NCBI GenBank assembly: GCA_030141605.1
Contig: JAQGDQ010000808.1
Span: 1-64,000, forward strand
Reading direction: 5' to 3'
Source of the DNA: Tubiluchus corallicola
Taxonomy: Eukaryota > Animalia > Priapulida
Length of the DNA: 64,000 nucleotides
Shown: positions 12,105-43,600 of the stretch, one piece after another
Numbering within the stretch: the stretch's first letter is position 1
Layout: each line of letters begins with the position of its first letter
The notes under the pieces: model-generated
Seen by the model: only the letters and a program-made list of their open reading frames with translations
The model's database searches: none
Told to the model about the DNA's origin: nothing
Made by a program: the position numbers and the translations under genes

Positions 12105-14992
12105 TTAAAGGAAAGGACAAGTCAGTGAAGTCGTTGTGTTTAGTTTACTGTTGTCACTTAAACTTAGAGAAATATAAAAAAGAAATTTGCAAAAAACCGT
12201 CCTTGAAGTGCAAAAAACTGTCTACTGTCGTCTATGAATTTTCAGGTGCGGTGGTGCTGCCATTCACTTGAAAATTTTGACGTAACCGGTGGACTTAGTG
12301 ACTTTTCGTAAGTGCATCATAGCTTTCCATGAGAGCGCGCTGCTTAAACTAATACAAACTTCTGCGGGTTACATATGTTCATCTATTTCAGGTACGGAAC
12401 GAAATAAAAATTCTTAATACTACGGTACGAAATTATCGTACGGTATTTTTTCAACAGTACGGTACGGCACAAAATTACGGTATTTTTTCGTACCTTTTCC
12501 GTACCTTTATCGAATCTTTTCTGTACTATTTTACTCATCTTCTTGTAGGGCTTCATTGACGTTAAACATATTGGTCTATCGCTCCGCCTCCGCTGTAACG
12601 TAAGCATGCTCAGCAGCATTCGGGACAACAGCTCACGCAGGACAACAACTGTCTAAGCTAAACTAAACTAAACTAAACTAAACTAAACTAAACTAAACTA
12701 AACTACATGACAGTCACAACTAATGTCTCAGCAGCAGATAAACTGATTGCACAGATTTGCAGATCAGCAGCTATTTTTGCACAAAATTAACTTCAAGTAG
12801 CCAAAAAATGACTTTTCAATTTAAACAGAATGCAGAGACGAAGTTTCAAAGCACTACAAAATACAGAGACATAAGTATAATAAAGAAACTAAGCCAGTTA
12901 GCCTTGGTTTAGAATAAATGAGTTACAAAAGTATTGTCTTTCTTGCCTTTGAACATACGAACATCATGCTTGCAATGTATTTTTTCTCTACTAATTGATC
13001 TCGCACTCGTCTGCAAGATTTATTCAGTTTTTGTATTTTTCCCTTTATTAGGCTACGGAAATGGAATAAATTTGAAAGTTCCATTCCATAGACGACCCTT
13101 ATATTCAATGCATGAGTTACATAAGTCCTAATGCCATCTTTTAACCATGATTATAACCAGAAAAAGAGCGTAAAATTAATAAATATTACATTAATGTATA
13201 ATATAAGTTTTGACCACATTTGAATTAATTTTGAGTGTGAAGATTGACATTCTCAGTGCCATTAAAAACTGGCCAGAAAAGAAAATATTTTGTTTTGTCC
13301 TTATTTAAAGTTAATCAAATAGTTGTTTTTGTCTAACTTGCAAAGGAAAAAACTAAACTAAACTGTGTATTTTCCTGATTGCAAAATGGTTTAATCAGCA
13401 AGTCATAGACGTAAGGGTTGTGCATTTCTTTCTATAAACGAAACTGGACTGTATATTTCCACTGGAATACTTGCAATTTCAACTGACAATAACAAAATCT
13501 AGAACCAGGCCAATATTTCTCCCGTTATCTAATGAAAAGTTGAGCATTTTTCATAACGGTTTTAAAGGCAGCTGTAGCTAAATGTCCCGAACTTACCTTA
13601 AAGGTTGTTAATTAACCTTTGCAGGGGTGCGAAATAACTTGCACGCTGATTGGGCAGTCAGCGAAAATGATTGACGTTATATTAGACGTCAATTGGCCGG
13701 CAACTTTGGGTGATGACTTGTTATACTCAGGATTGTACTTATTGTTCTCCCTTAATTAACGCAGATCACACGCAAACAAGACAGCTTATGCTGCTATATT
13801 GGTTCGCTTTGGGTGCAAAAGCGGCAAGCTATTCTGTTTTCCATGTTTCACATCTATTCGTGTAACAACGACATTTCAACTGCTGTTTCTGACTGTTGAC
13901 GTGTTGTATAGAAATGCACTGAACATCTCAAGTTATGCAGATGTAATACGCCGATGCTGTTATTTCAAAATGTATGTCCTTAATGAGGAACGTTTAGAAC
14001 TTTGCCGATCTATGCAAAACAGCAACGATTTATGAACTGCACATCATCTGTTTGCTTTGCCGACAAAACGTGCCGGCCTTATTAGCCTGCGTGGCCACTG
14101 CATTTAATAACTATGTATTTTTATGTTAACAAACATGTTACCTGTAGCTAAAGTTATCAAGCTTAAGGCAGGTTTATGCTAGATTGTTCCTTAAGTTGAT
14201 GTGTGTTCTACGTTTCTCTGTAAAAGCTGCATATAACTTCTAGTATTAACTAGTGTTGTGGTATAATTATGATTATACTTACAGGTGTTTTAAGCAAGAC
14301 ACTAAATTTGAATTAACACTAAAAGTTTGTCACTAATGAGCAGGTAATTTAAAACAGCCACTGAAAACTAATAAATAGGCTTAACTCATCGTGTCTGCGA
14401 TATAATTACTAATTAAACTCAGTAGCTCAAGCTAAATTTATATTTCGCGATAATTATGCGCCTAAAAATGGTATGGAATTTCAAACTGAATTGTATGAAG
14501 TGGTACAAAAATAGTAATGAATTGATAAATAAGTCGAGTTTACAATTAATTTTTGTGCCTCTCATAATAGATCTTACATGCACTTGGTACGAATTACGGT
14601 ACGATATTTTATGGCACTACTAGTACGGTACCATTCAATTTTGCAAATACGGTACGGAATCACGGTACGATATTTTTTGTATTGTACCGTATTGCCAACC
14701 CTGATCTTCATGCAAAAATATCGTAAATTTAGTTACGTTTAAATCTAATTTTTTTTAATAACACATTATACATTTGACGGAAATTGTCTGTGCCCTGCTT
14801 TTCGTCAGTCGATGCACGTCATTGGTGGAAGAATCATCGTTTAAAATGGGAGCGCTCAAGCATAGGATCTCGACTTTAGAGTGATTTCACTAATTACATG
14901 AGACGCTTATCAGAGTTTCATTACTAAATCCTTTTGATATTTTTCACAAACATTGAAATAATCCTAACTTCCAAGTAGGTTTTTTCTTTTAA
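12105..14992. mobile_element. Kolobok/T2-like MITE family A (reverse), split by a hAT insertion
   Basis: TTAAAGGAAAGGACAAGTCA at 12105; homology stops at 12382 and resumes at 14704 (TTCATGCAAAAATATC), running to TTTTCTTTTAA. Confidence 0.65.
12383..14703. mobile_element. 2.3-kb non-autonomous hAT-like element
   Basis: TACGGTAC subterminal repeat clusters at both ends; right TIR GTATTGCCAACCCTG; 8-bp flanks ATGTTCAT/ATCTTCAT; left TIR eroded; internal (CTAAA)n at 12658-12704. Confidence 0.6.
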
Positions 14993-15429
14993 AATTTGGG
15001 GCCAGGTTTGTACATTTTACTTGCAATCCAGCATTAAACAAAAAGAGTCCATGATAGTCATCGCAGTTTGCACGAGTTCCTTACTGCATTTGGGTGTGTG
15101 ATTTTTCTTTGAGACATTTTTACTCAGTTCAGCAAACTGCAAACCAGCTTAACGGTTATTGTTAACATTGTTGAATGTACCAAAAATAAGTGAAACATCG
15201 AGCGAGGAAAAGTCTCTTAGCCGCACTCGGAAGTGTGAATATCTATCCTAAACATAGCCAAAACCGGTGTAATTAGCAGCAAAATGGGCCCAATGCGTTT
15301 AGTTGCAGTTAAGGTTTGCGGCAGGTTTTTTCTTTTTTTCTTTTAGTAGTCAATACTTATTCGATTTTTGGGATTCCGACTTTTGCTTAATGATCTCATT
15401 AAGCGTTCCTCATTTTTTTAACTTTGAGC

Positions 15430-15561
15430 CAAGGCTGGCAGTATGGTACGATACGAAAAAATGCCGCACCGTACTGTTAAAAAATACGGTACTGTAATTT
15501 TGTTCGGCACCTTTAACAGTTTTTTTGTACCGTACCGTACCGTACCGTACTGTCAGCCTTG
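15430..15561. mobile_element. 132-bp hAT MITE
   Basis: TIRs CAAGGCTGGCAGTA / TACTGTCAGCCTTG, perfect 8-bp TSD CTTTGAGC, internal TACCG/CGGTA repeats. Confidence 0.9.
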
Positions 15562-16359
15562 CTTTGAGCTCATAATAGGACCAGTTTGATATAATTACAC
15601 GTACAGTGTTATAAAGCAAGCAAGTACAACTAAGCAGTCAAGCCAAAAACCCACAAACAGACGAATGACTGATTGACTGTCCGACCTACAAGTAGCCAGT
15701 CAGCCAGCCGGTCAATCAGACGCCAGCTAGTTAATTGACCACCAACCAACCAACCGACCGAAATTTGCGTGCAGTAGACCCATCCCACTGAGCGGATCTT
15801 AGCGAGAAATCAACTACAAGGATAACGTCACCTTAGTTATTTAATTCTATTGATTATTTCTAAAATATTTATCTATCAGATTAATGATAAACTTAAGTCT
15901 GCTTAAAGACTTTTATAATATAAGAGTAATCTGATAATCTATATACTTTACTTGTAATCTGGTATAAGCCTTTTGTGAATGATGCTCGCCTGGCTTGGCC
16001 ATTTTTGCAAATATGCTATTTTGCAAAAAATCCCGAACATTATTATTTTGAATATTTAGAAATAATTTTTGTACAATTTATCCAATTTGCAAACAGTTAG
16101 CAACAATCAGGAGGACAGTGAAAGAATGCTTGAATTGCCTTAGGTGACAAAGATACAGGTTTGCTTTAAAAATTCAAACCACGACCCTAACAATATGCTA
16201 AATGAATGTCAATTTAAGGTAACCATATATCAGCGATAGACAGGTTGTTTTGGTTCAAATACCAGGCACCGAGAGGTAAAAAACGATCCAGTTGCTGTTG
16301 TGGCTACTGACGTTGGTACTGCGTTGGTTAAGGTGTAATAAACTGTCAAAAAATTCACA

Positions 16360-34408
<18,049 letters not shown>

Positions 34409-36233
34409 AAGAAAGTTTTTATTTTTCTTTCCTGCTGACATGTAGGAATATAATTCTTGTTAAAGAGAAGTTGAAGATGATATTTTTCTGCCTTACTGCT
34501 TTTGCCGTGTATTACGTTACGTTATAACGCAAGATAATTTAGAAATTAGTTTTGCTTTCAGTTAAGGATAGATACGAAAATTAGGCACAATTTTTCCCGC
34601 AGATCTGCATTAACTTCCTAAATGCTCTTACCTTTTAATTAGTTAGATACTTTTATTTTTTTAAATAGATCCGTAGTTATAAAATCTCGTTGATACGATG
34701 CAATCAGCATAAGGAATGTAATATTTTAGTGGCACATGAACGCGTAGAAAGCGTTGCAATTAACTGTGATACGAAACATAATTTTTGCTATGAATGTGAG
34801 ATAAAGGTTGTTGTCGCTTTTGTTTCAGTTATTACAGGTTATATTCAACTCACATTTATAAATATGCCACAGCAATGTAATAATATTAGCAGTCGTAGTT
34901 TACATAATATTTACATACATGTATAAATACCTTACTAACCGCCAAATGATATATAGGGAGTAGTCTGAAGTAATAAGAAACTGAAGTTCTAGAAAAGTAA
35001 CATCATTTTTATGTACAAGAGACAATGCACAATTATTGTACAAAGCTGCGCTGAAAAAGCACTGAAAAAAGAAATGTATCCAACTTTCCAACTAAATATT
35101 TGGTCAATATTACAAAACGTCTTCAGGATGTTATAAAGACTGTCTAACTTTTAATCAATCACTGTGACCTACCTGCCAGGTACTGTCCTGCAGCATTTCA
35201 GCGTTGCAGTATTTCATAATTGTTTCTGCTCTACACTGTTTAAGCCATTCCATGGCTTTTCAGCTTGACTGCAGGCAAAAAAGTTTGTTAGTTTGCACAC
35301 AAGTGTTAAACTATGTTGGCTTGTTTAGAAATTAGAACAGTTGCGTAAGCCGCATGTTAATTTTATGATACACATTATACTACTTTGAAATGAGTATAAA
35401 AATTAAGAATATTTTACGTTAATATTATAATAGTGTATGATTGTGATATAGTTTAAATAAATAGTACATCGCTACATTTTTAAGCAGTTCGTAAGAATAT
35501 TATACTATCCTTTTGAATTTACTTTAGGGTGACTTTTTCATGCTATCTTACTTAAAAAAATTGAATAAGTAGTATTGTAATACAAGCCTAAAGCAGGCTA
35601 CTGTCATTATTTTATCCTTGTAGAATTTGACTCATTTTGCTTTAAAAAGTAATTTTCGCTCACTAATGTTAACGGTTTTTGCCAGATACGTAATCTATCT
35701 GAGTTTTGATAATTCTTCTAATAAAAGTACATATATTTAGCAAACGAGAAAATTGCTGTACATATTTCACTAGCTATCAAAAAGTTTGGTTCCGTATTAC
35801 ATAGGAATTTTCTGCGTTCACTAGTTGTTTATAGAACAATCACTTGTAAGTGAATTATTTAACTATAAGTAAATGAAAGCTGAGGGCCAAGTGTCAAACC
35901 ATGAAGTACACGTGCAATTGGGTATAGCATAAATCTTTTGTAATTAGAAATTTTAAATATAGGCAAGAGAAAGTGAAGGACAAATTACTAAATATTAGGC
36001 ATCACAGAGGCATTTGTGAAACTGGCTGTCTTGTTTAAAAACACTGTTACAGAAAAATGTTGTTTGAAATATTCGCTACAGAACAGCCAGTCAATAATGT
36101 GCAGCTGCATGCACAAACACAAACACACACACCATATTGTTATCCTTTTATTAGTCACTTTTTTTAATTTCCTCGGCACGGAAGTATCAATACAAACACG
36201 TGTTTATAGTCTGCACACATCATACTCTAACCA

Positions 36234-36516
36234 TGTTTACTACTGTAGGTGTTAGAACGTATTAAATATGTGTGTAGATTTACGTACCACATGAGTACCT
36301 GTAAAAACAAATTATACTAAATGACTTGTTTACTACTGTAGGTGTTAGAACGTATTAAATTTGTGTGTAGATTTACGTACCACATGAGTACCTGTAAAAA
36401 CAAATTATACTAAATGACTTGTTTACTACTGTAGGTGTTAGAACGTATTAAATTTGCGTGTAGATTTACGTACCACGTGAGCACCTGTAAAAACAAATTA
36501 TACTGAATGACTTGTT
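36234..36516. repeat. 93-bp tandem repeat, 3 copies
   Basis: TGTTTACTACTGTAGGTGTTAGAACG at 36234, 36327 and 36420. Confidence 0.97.
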
Positions 36517-37222
36517 ATAGGCGTTGCGGTTGCATCATGAACTATAAAAACAAAAGAAAATTGTTAAAACTGGTAAAAAATAGGTTTGATTTTTTGGAAG
36601 CCATGAATAATGTAATGAATAATGAGTTTTCAAGCAATTGTTGATTGTTGCTGTTCGTGTTATGTTGTTATAATAAACTTTTCACTTCATTTGATAATAC
36701 ACAAACATGTCCGTCATATTAGAGAATTTTTCCAAGGTAAGGTGATTTGTTTATCTTCTGGGGACGCGCGCATTGTAAGCAGTTGTGGTGTAGTAGCAAT
36801 ACTAATTATAGCAAGAGCTTTTCAATTACATTAGTGAGTTGGTTTTGGTCATTTGCAGACCATTAAACAAACAATAAAATTATTCTAAGAAACCATGGTT
36901 TGCTTATGACCAAACTATTGCTTTATTAACGGCAATTTTACACTTCGTTAGTAAACTACATCAAAAAGATCCTTGGAACAAAATCATAGCATGTTGTATG
37001 CTTAGCACAGAAATATTTATTAACGAAGAATGTTTATGAGAATTCTTTAACACAGATATTAGGCCTAAGTTATTATTTTACAAAAACAACAAGTACATGT
37101 ACAATGCCTTTACAGAGTTTGATATGAAAAACGATTTCCTCGCAGTATCTTTAGCTTACATTTCATATTATTTTAGTGGGCCTAGTTAGAATGTAACTAC
37201 GTAATTTATAATATTTTTTGAA

Positions 37223-37683
37223 TTAATATCCATGTTTTTGAAGTTGATATGGTTCAGAAAGGGGAGCTGCTACAACCCATCTGTAATATAACATTAACAT
37301 TAAGGCAGTAAGTATTTCTACCCCTATAATACAGTACCCCAGTATTAAACTTACGAATGAAATAGTATAGGCACTTTGGGAGCAAAAGTTGTTAGGTTCT
37401 TCGATAGTTGGGATAAAGTGGACTGGTTTTTGCATTTCAAATAGCCAGACATTACCCACAATCCACCAGATTAATATAAACAATGTTATAAGACTTTCCG
37501 ATGCCTGAGTTGAACGACCTATTATGCCCGGTGAGTCTCCAAAATCGTCGAATTTCTCATAGCCTGATGTCTTGCGTAGTTTCCACAACAGAGTCACACA
37601 TTTCAAAAGTCCAGCAGCGCCACCTACCAACAAATATACTGGAATCTTTGGCTGAATTGGGCATTCTTGTAAGTTCTTGCCAC
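37223..37683 (-). CDS. TMEM272: TMEM272-like last exon
   Basis: ctctgtag|GTGGCAAG...; GKNLQECPIQPKIPVYLLVGG...YQLQKHGY*. Confidence 0.9.
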
Positions 37684-40600
37684 CTACAGAGGAAGACAAA
37701 AATAATTTTAAGTAAACGAGTTGTCAAATCAAGAGAACTCATGTATCATATCCATCATACCGAGTTCTTACACTCTTCACTTAGGGCCGTGCGATATGGG
37801 GTTTTCAAGCTGGAATGCTTACACTCACCCCCCTAAAGGCAAGATGGATTTTTGTAACCAAAACTCTTGCATTTTCCTATAAGGTCTGCCATGTGTGTTT
37901 CCAAGCTGAAGTAGTTACATTCTCCCCCTAAAGGTCTGCGAGATAGGTTTATCTGGGAAAAGTGTAAATGCTCCAGTTTGAAAAACCTATTTCGCAGACC
38001 TTTTGGGGGAGAATGTAACTACTCCATCTTGGAAACACACCTCGCAGGATTGTATGTCGTTTTGCCAGTGTACAGTTCACTTGTATAGACTGGCGAAAAG
38101 ATAACTGGCGAAGTGTGTGATTACCTTACCATAGGGTTTGCGAGATGGGTTTTCAAACTGGGGACGAGACGAAAAATCGTCGGAAAAATACAACTATAGT
38201 TTTAAAAAAATAATCAATATAGGTAATTTTGAATTTATTCTGCGCTGTATCATGCATTCATATGAATACTGTTAAAATCAGTACTGTTCAGCAATAACAG
38301 CTACAAAATAGGAAAAAGAAGTAAGTAAAAATAGAAGCGCCTGGTCAACAATAACATTTGAGATGTTTTGTTCATAGAGACTACTGTAACGGATAACTTG
38401 AGACTAGCTACTGATTAAATGTAAAATCACAAGCAAAAATCATCAATTGTCATTGCAAAGTATATGATGTGAAATGTGAATACGGCGTAGAAGACTTTAT
38501 TTTCTTAATAACTGTTTAGTAATAGAATAATATTTTCCTATAGTAGGAAGCAGAGAGGAGGTATTAGCAGGTATTATAGTGGATACTAGCCACCTCCCCA
38601 AACAAACAAGCTTTTCACACCTCATAAGCGTCTGCTTCAATTCAATTCAACTATTTATTTATTTCGGAAACTAAAACCCATAAAACACAGATACATAAAT
38701 AAAAGGATAAAAAGAAATACTGCTAAAAACTAACTTAAAAACTTATTTACAATATCTTATATTCGTACGATTATGCACTTACAAATAAGCTTCCCGCATA
38801 GCTAAGCGTAGCTTGTTTAACATCAGCTCCGCCCACAAAGAAATGCTATTCACATGAAATTCAAGTTACACAAGTCATATATATAATATAGGATGGAAGA
38901 TGCTTGTATCCATACTCATACCCATACTCACATATTCGTACTGGCTTCAAAACAATTCACTTGTTTCCGTTGTGGGCAGGTTACAAATTACTAAAGGCCT
39001 CTCCAGCATATGCTAATAATACCTGTAAAATCTTTGAGATACAGTAACACCTTTGAAATAAAAGAAAAGAAAGTTGATGAAGTTTTGTCTTACCTACTCC
39101 TAGCATTATGAGAGGAAAGACTGTGAGGCATATTAACAACCCCTTCACAAAATCTGGAAAAAAGAAAAATTACACGACGTCATAATTAATGAAAAGCATA
39201 ATGGAGTCTTAGCGTGATGTCTTCGCATTAACACGTTATTTATTACAAATTTATACCAAACTATTATTTCACCAATATGAAAACTCGTTATAAAAATTCT
39301 CGCAGGTATTATTAAAGCAATATATACCTTAAAATGCTTTTATAACAACTAAATGGACACAGAAATTACTCTCACTTAAGTGAGGAATAGGCCTGTTTGG
39401 TTTATTGTATACCAGTTGAAAATGCGAATTGCAAGTATGTATGTATATATATATATATATATAAATTTCTGTGAAATGCAAAGTACCAACAAAAACAGCA
39501 TCAACAAATGTGGTGATGACAACGACAATAGCAATAAAACTTCAACTTCTGAACATATCAGGAAATTGCACAGATAATAATGTTTGATAAATTATATGGC
39601 TCAGGAAAAAATGTCACAGAAAAAAGTGCAAACAGAAATAAGAAAATCGCATATTTAATGAAATATGAGTTTATTTGGAACTTCTTTTTGCAGAGTTCTA
39701 CTTGTCCTCCATATAGGAAGAAATGTGTTAGGGTAGACATTAGCGTTAGGTGCCATTTTCTCATATTTTTTATTACCTACCCTTTTTCCTTGTGTGTGCC
39801 ATGTTTATGGTATCATTGCTACCTGTGCGATTTTACCTGTTCCATTTTACCTATATTCGTTCGAAAATCAATATGGCCTAATTAAAAATTGACTTGCTGA
39901 GCTGGCACGTTACCAAGTTTTGGCTTCCAACATTTCGGCAGGTGTAATAATGACTGGGTTGTGTTATTTTACATAGAAGTATTTATTTATTTTATTGAAA
40001 ATGGTAATCCGATTTTAACTAATAATCTTTGCTTGCTATAGTTTAAATGTACTATAAATGTAAGTGTAAACATTTAATACCATGTTAAACTAACTTGTTC
40101 ACTTTTTTAGCTGTAAGCTCAATCTTACCGCCATTAAAGTTTTTGTTCGTAATTAATCACCTATTTCACTTGAATTCTTATCAAACTAGTTTTTGTAGGT
40201 TTGGAGTATAAAACTCTTTGAGGGAGTTTCACTGGGAAACCGTCATCATATAGGGTAAGATATATACCATCTTTAACACTATCTGTGCACAGTAATCTGC
40301 ATATAAGTAAAACTATAGCGTAAAACGCATTTTTACAGTTGAAAGAGATGTTTACGATGTACTAACTTACAATGTGACGTTAAGCTAACTTGTTACTGCA
40401 TTGTTCTAAGGCACCACGTCATGCTGCTTTTCATTTTTCTGTTTTTCGTTTTATTGTAGAGTTTTATTTAAAGAAATTAAATTCATCATTCCTTTCTACC
40501 TACACTAACCGAATTTCGAGGCTTTGCCTTTAGGTAAAATGATCGCTCTAAAAATAAAAACTACAAAATCGAAAGAGTTCTCGAGAATTGGAATTATTTT

Positions 40601-43600
40601 TGACATTGCCTGCTACCAAGTTCTTATAGAAAGCCACAGTACTAAGTGTATTACTCCAGACAACAAAATAAGATTGTCCTATTAAGTCCGGAGAAGAGGC
40701 TGCTTTTCTAATGCTGATTAGCCAGGAAATGAATTCTTTACTGTTTCTATGAAGCTTATCAGCCAGCTGGCTTCAGCAAGAGCTTAATATTTAACTAGAC
40801 TTAACAAATCTCATTCACACAAAGCGGATGAGCTTAGTTAATTACATGAAGCACCCCCAAGTGTTAATTATCTCATTTATAAAGAGAAAAACTCATCTTA
40901 AATCCAGAAATGCCATTCTGATTTAGTTAATCGGCTTTGTACAAGAATCTTTCATCAGTGCAAGCAGTCACTGGAAGCCAGTGGTGGCAGGCCTATTCAA
41001 GGAAACCACCATCAGCTACAGCTCTTCAATGCGCGTACATGATTAGTTGCTCCTGCGAGTTATCAAACCTAATTGTTGTGTAGTCTAGATGTTTATAAAT
41101 GCGACTTACAAGTTTCGCTGATGATCTGAATGGCTCTGAAGAGGAAATCGCACAGACCTTCGGCTTCCTCGGCGGCTTCGCTTAGAAGATACACCCTGGA
41201 ACTGTACTGCGCTGTGGAGTCTTGGCTTTCCAAATACTGTGTGCTACGCAGGTTCTGTATGTCCTGTCTATCATTGCGCTGAAAAAATATTACATAGATA
41301 TAAAGGGCATTCCAGGATAGTTGGTTTGACAAAAACAGTCACGCAAAAAAGAATCATGAATTTAATAAGGACAATAATACAATTACGTTGGCACGTGACT
41401 GATTATTATACTTGCCACGCATCCAACAAGCACATAAACCGCGAAAGTAGCCCGGCGACCGTGTTCAACCCGACTATGTATGGTTGAGCGTGGTGGGCTT
41501 GTGTCGATACCTGTAGATTACTATCCAGAAGTGTGTCTACCCAGTGTGCACGGAGCCCGTGACTAATATTTATCACTTGATTGTACCGGTCCAATGCGGT
41601 TTACACATGTTTGATTGAGCAGTTTGTCACAATTTTCACAGTTCGACTCTTATCTCACGTTCAACTACTACCTGGGGCACTTAAATAACTCCATTTCGAG
41701 CATGACAGTGTTTGTCGCTTGACTATGTTTGGTCCAACGCGGTTTACTCTTGCGCAATTAGATACTTAACAAGCCTCAAAAAGTCGATGCCCACTCTGCC
41801 TAACATTAAGTTAACAAGCCTCAAAAAGTCGATGCCTACTCTGCCTAACATTAAGTTAACAAGCCTCAAAAAGTCGATGTCCACTCTGCCTAACATTGAG
41901 TTCTCTTGGAAATCGCGCGGCCCAAAGCATGGCCAAGATTTCGGTAAACCACCAGAAAATGTGTGAAAATTGGCCAACACGTAAGAGCATGTCTGAGTAC
42001 TATTTGCCTATGGTTTTAGAGTTATTTAGAGACAGGAGTGATGTACATTTTGGCTCCCATATCCCTTAAAAATCCCAGCTTTTCTAAAACTCCGCGTAGA
42101 CATCTACCTCATATACCTAAATACCTACGAAAACAATTTCAATTTAATTTAAAATAATAGGAGGAATTAAATGGCAGTAAAAAAACTGACCCTACTCTGA
42201 TCCTTTTCACCGCTAAATAGAACAGAAATAGTAGGTTGTCAAAGCGCCAAAGCTTGCTCTATTGCAGTCTGTAACTTAGTCGCTGCATACGGGCAGTTAC
42301 GTAAATGCTAACAACTAAATGTAATTGTACCATTTTCATCTTAATCATGATTAAATATTTAACCACTGAGTTTGTTTGTTTTGTTCTTTGTTTTATAGCT
42401 TTATGTTTGACAAATCAAAGAACTGCACTCAGCAGACAATTTTTTCTCTTTTGTTCCGCAAACATACGACATTTTTGTAATCGCGAAGACATTTACCTTT
42501 AGATTTTTTCCACCCAATTTGCATTCCAACTAAATAAAAATAATCTTATTTTCGTTAAAAAGTCCGGAGTGCGTCTGTCGACAAAATGTGGTTAAACAAG
42601 CCGGGCTATAACTCACTTAGTGTTTATGTTGAACGGCAAAAGTTAGTAGACACGAATCTGCAGTGTGTCAGCCTCTTAAGACAGAGCTTACCACTAAGCA
42701 GAAATTTTTAAACTAAATTCTACATCAATAAACCCTGAAACTTTAACGACGAAACTTAATCTGAAACAACGAAATGGCCAATACGTCTTCCCACAATGTT
42801 GTAATGACGGTAATTTTCTGATAATCTACATCTAAACGACTGATTTGTCACTCTAACGACTCCTCTAGCTAATCTGATGACGCAGTCAGTGCAGCTGTAA
42901 ATTGTACAGAAAATGAAGAGGTACAGAATTAGTGCAATCTAACTGCAACATGTATTATTACTTAATTTTGTCATGTCAACAATAAATGACGGTGTTAAAT
43001 TACTGATGATATTAAATTCGCCTTGTTTTATTCCACTCGCCAATTGTTTTCCAAAAAATAACTGAAATTTTACCATCATCACTACCACCACCATTGCCAT
43101 TTAAAGCTATTGGGCTGAAAAAGGTTTCTTATTTATTTTTTTTCATACTAAAGGTATAGTAATGCGGCTAGAAAAATAAGAATTTAATGTTGTTGTCGGG
43201 TCTACATGTTGCTTCTAGCTGTGAAAACTAAAACGATGAACGAGGATTACAACATTATGAGAAAAGATAATTGTTGCACGTAATATATTGGGACAAATGT
43301 CGAGTATGTCAGACGTCACATTCGACTTAGCAGACAATGTCTAAAATTTATTTGTAAATAAATAACTTTTTTTTCATGTTACGTTACATTTTGCATAACT
43401 CACTACTGTGCACAGAATAGTGGGAAAAACTGATACACGTTCTGTATCACATAATAAGACAAATTCCCTCCACAAGCTCCTATAGATCTATTCTGAAAAA
43501 TAACTATATTTCTGACAGCACCATGTTTAAACTATGCCATTATTTTATGAGACTTGTTTATCTATCAAACTTAGACGCTCTGCTGCGTAAATTTATTCGA

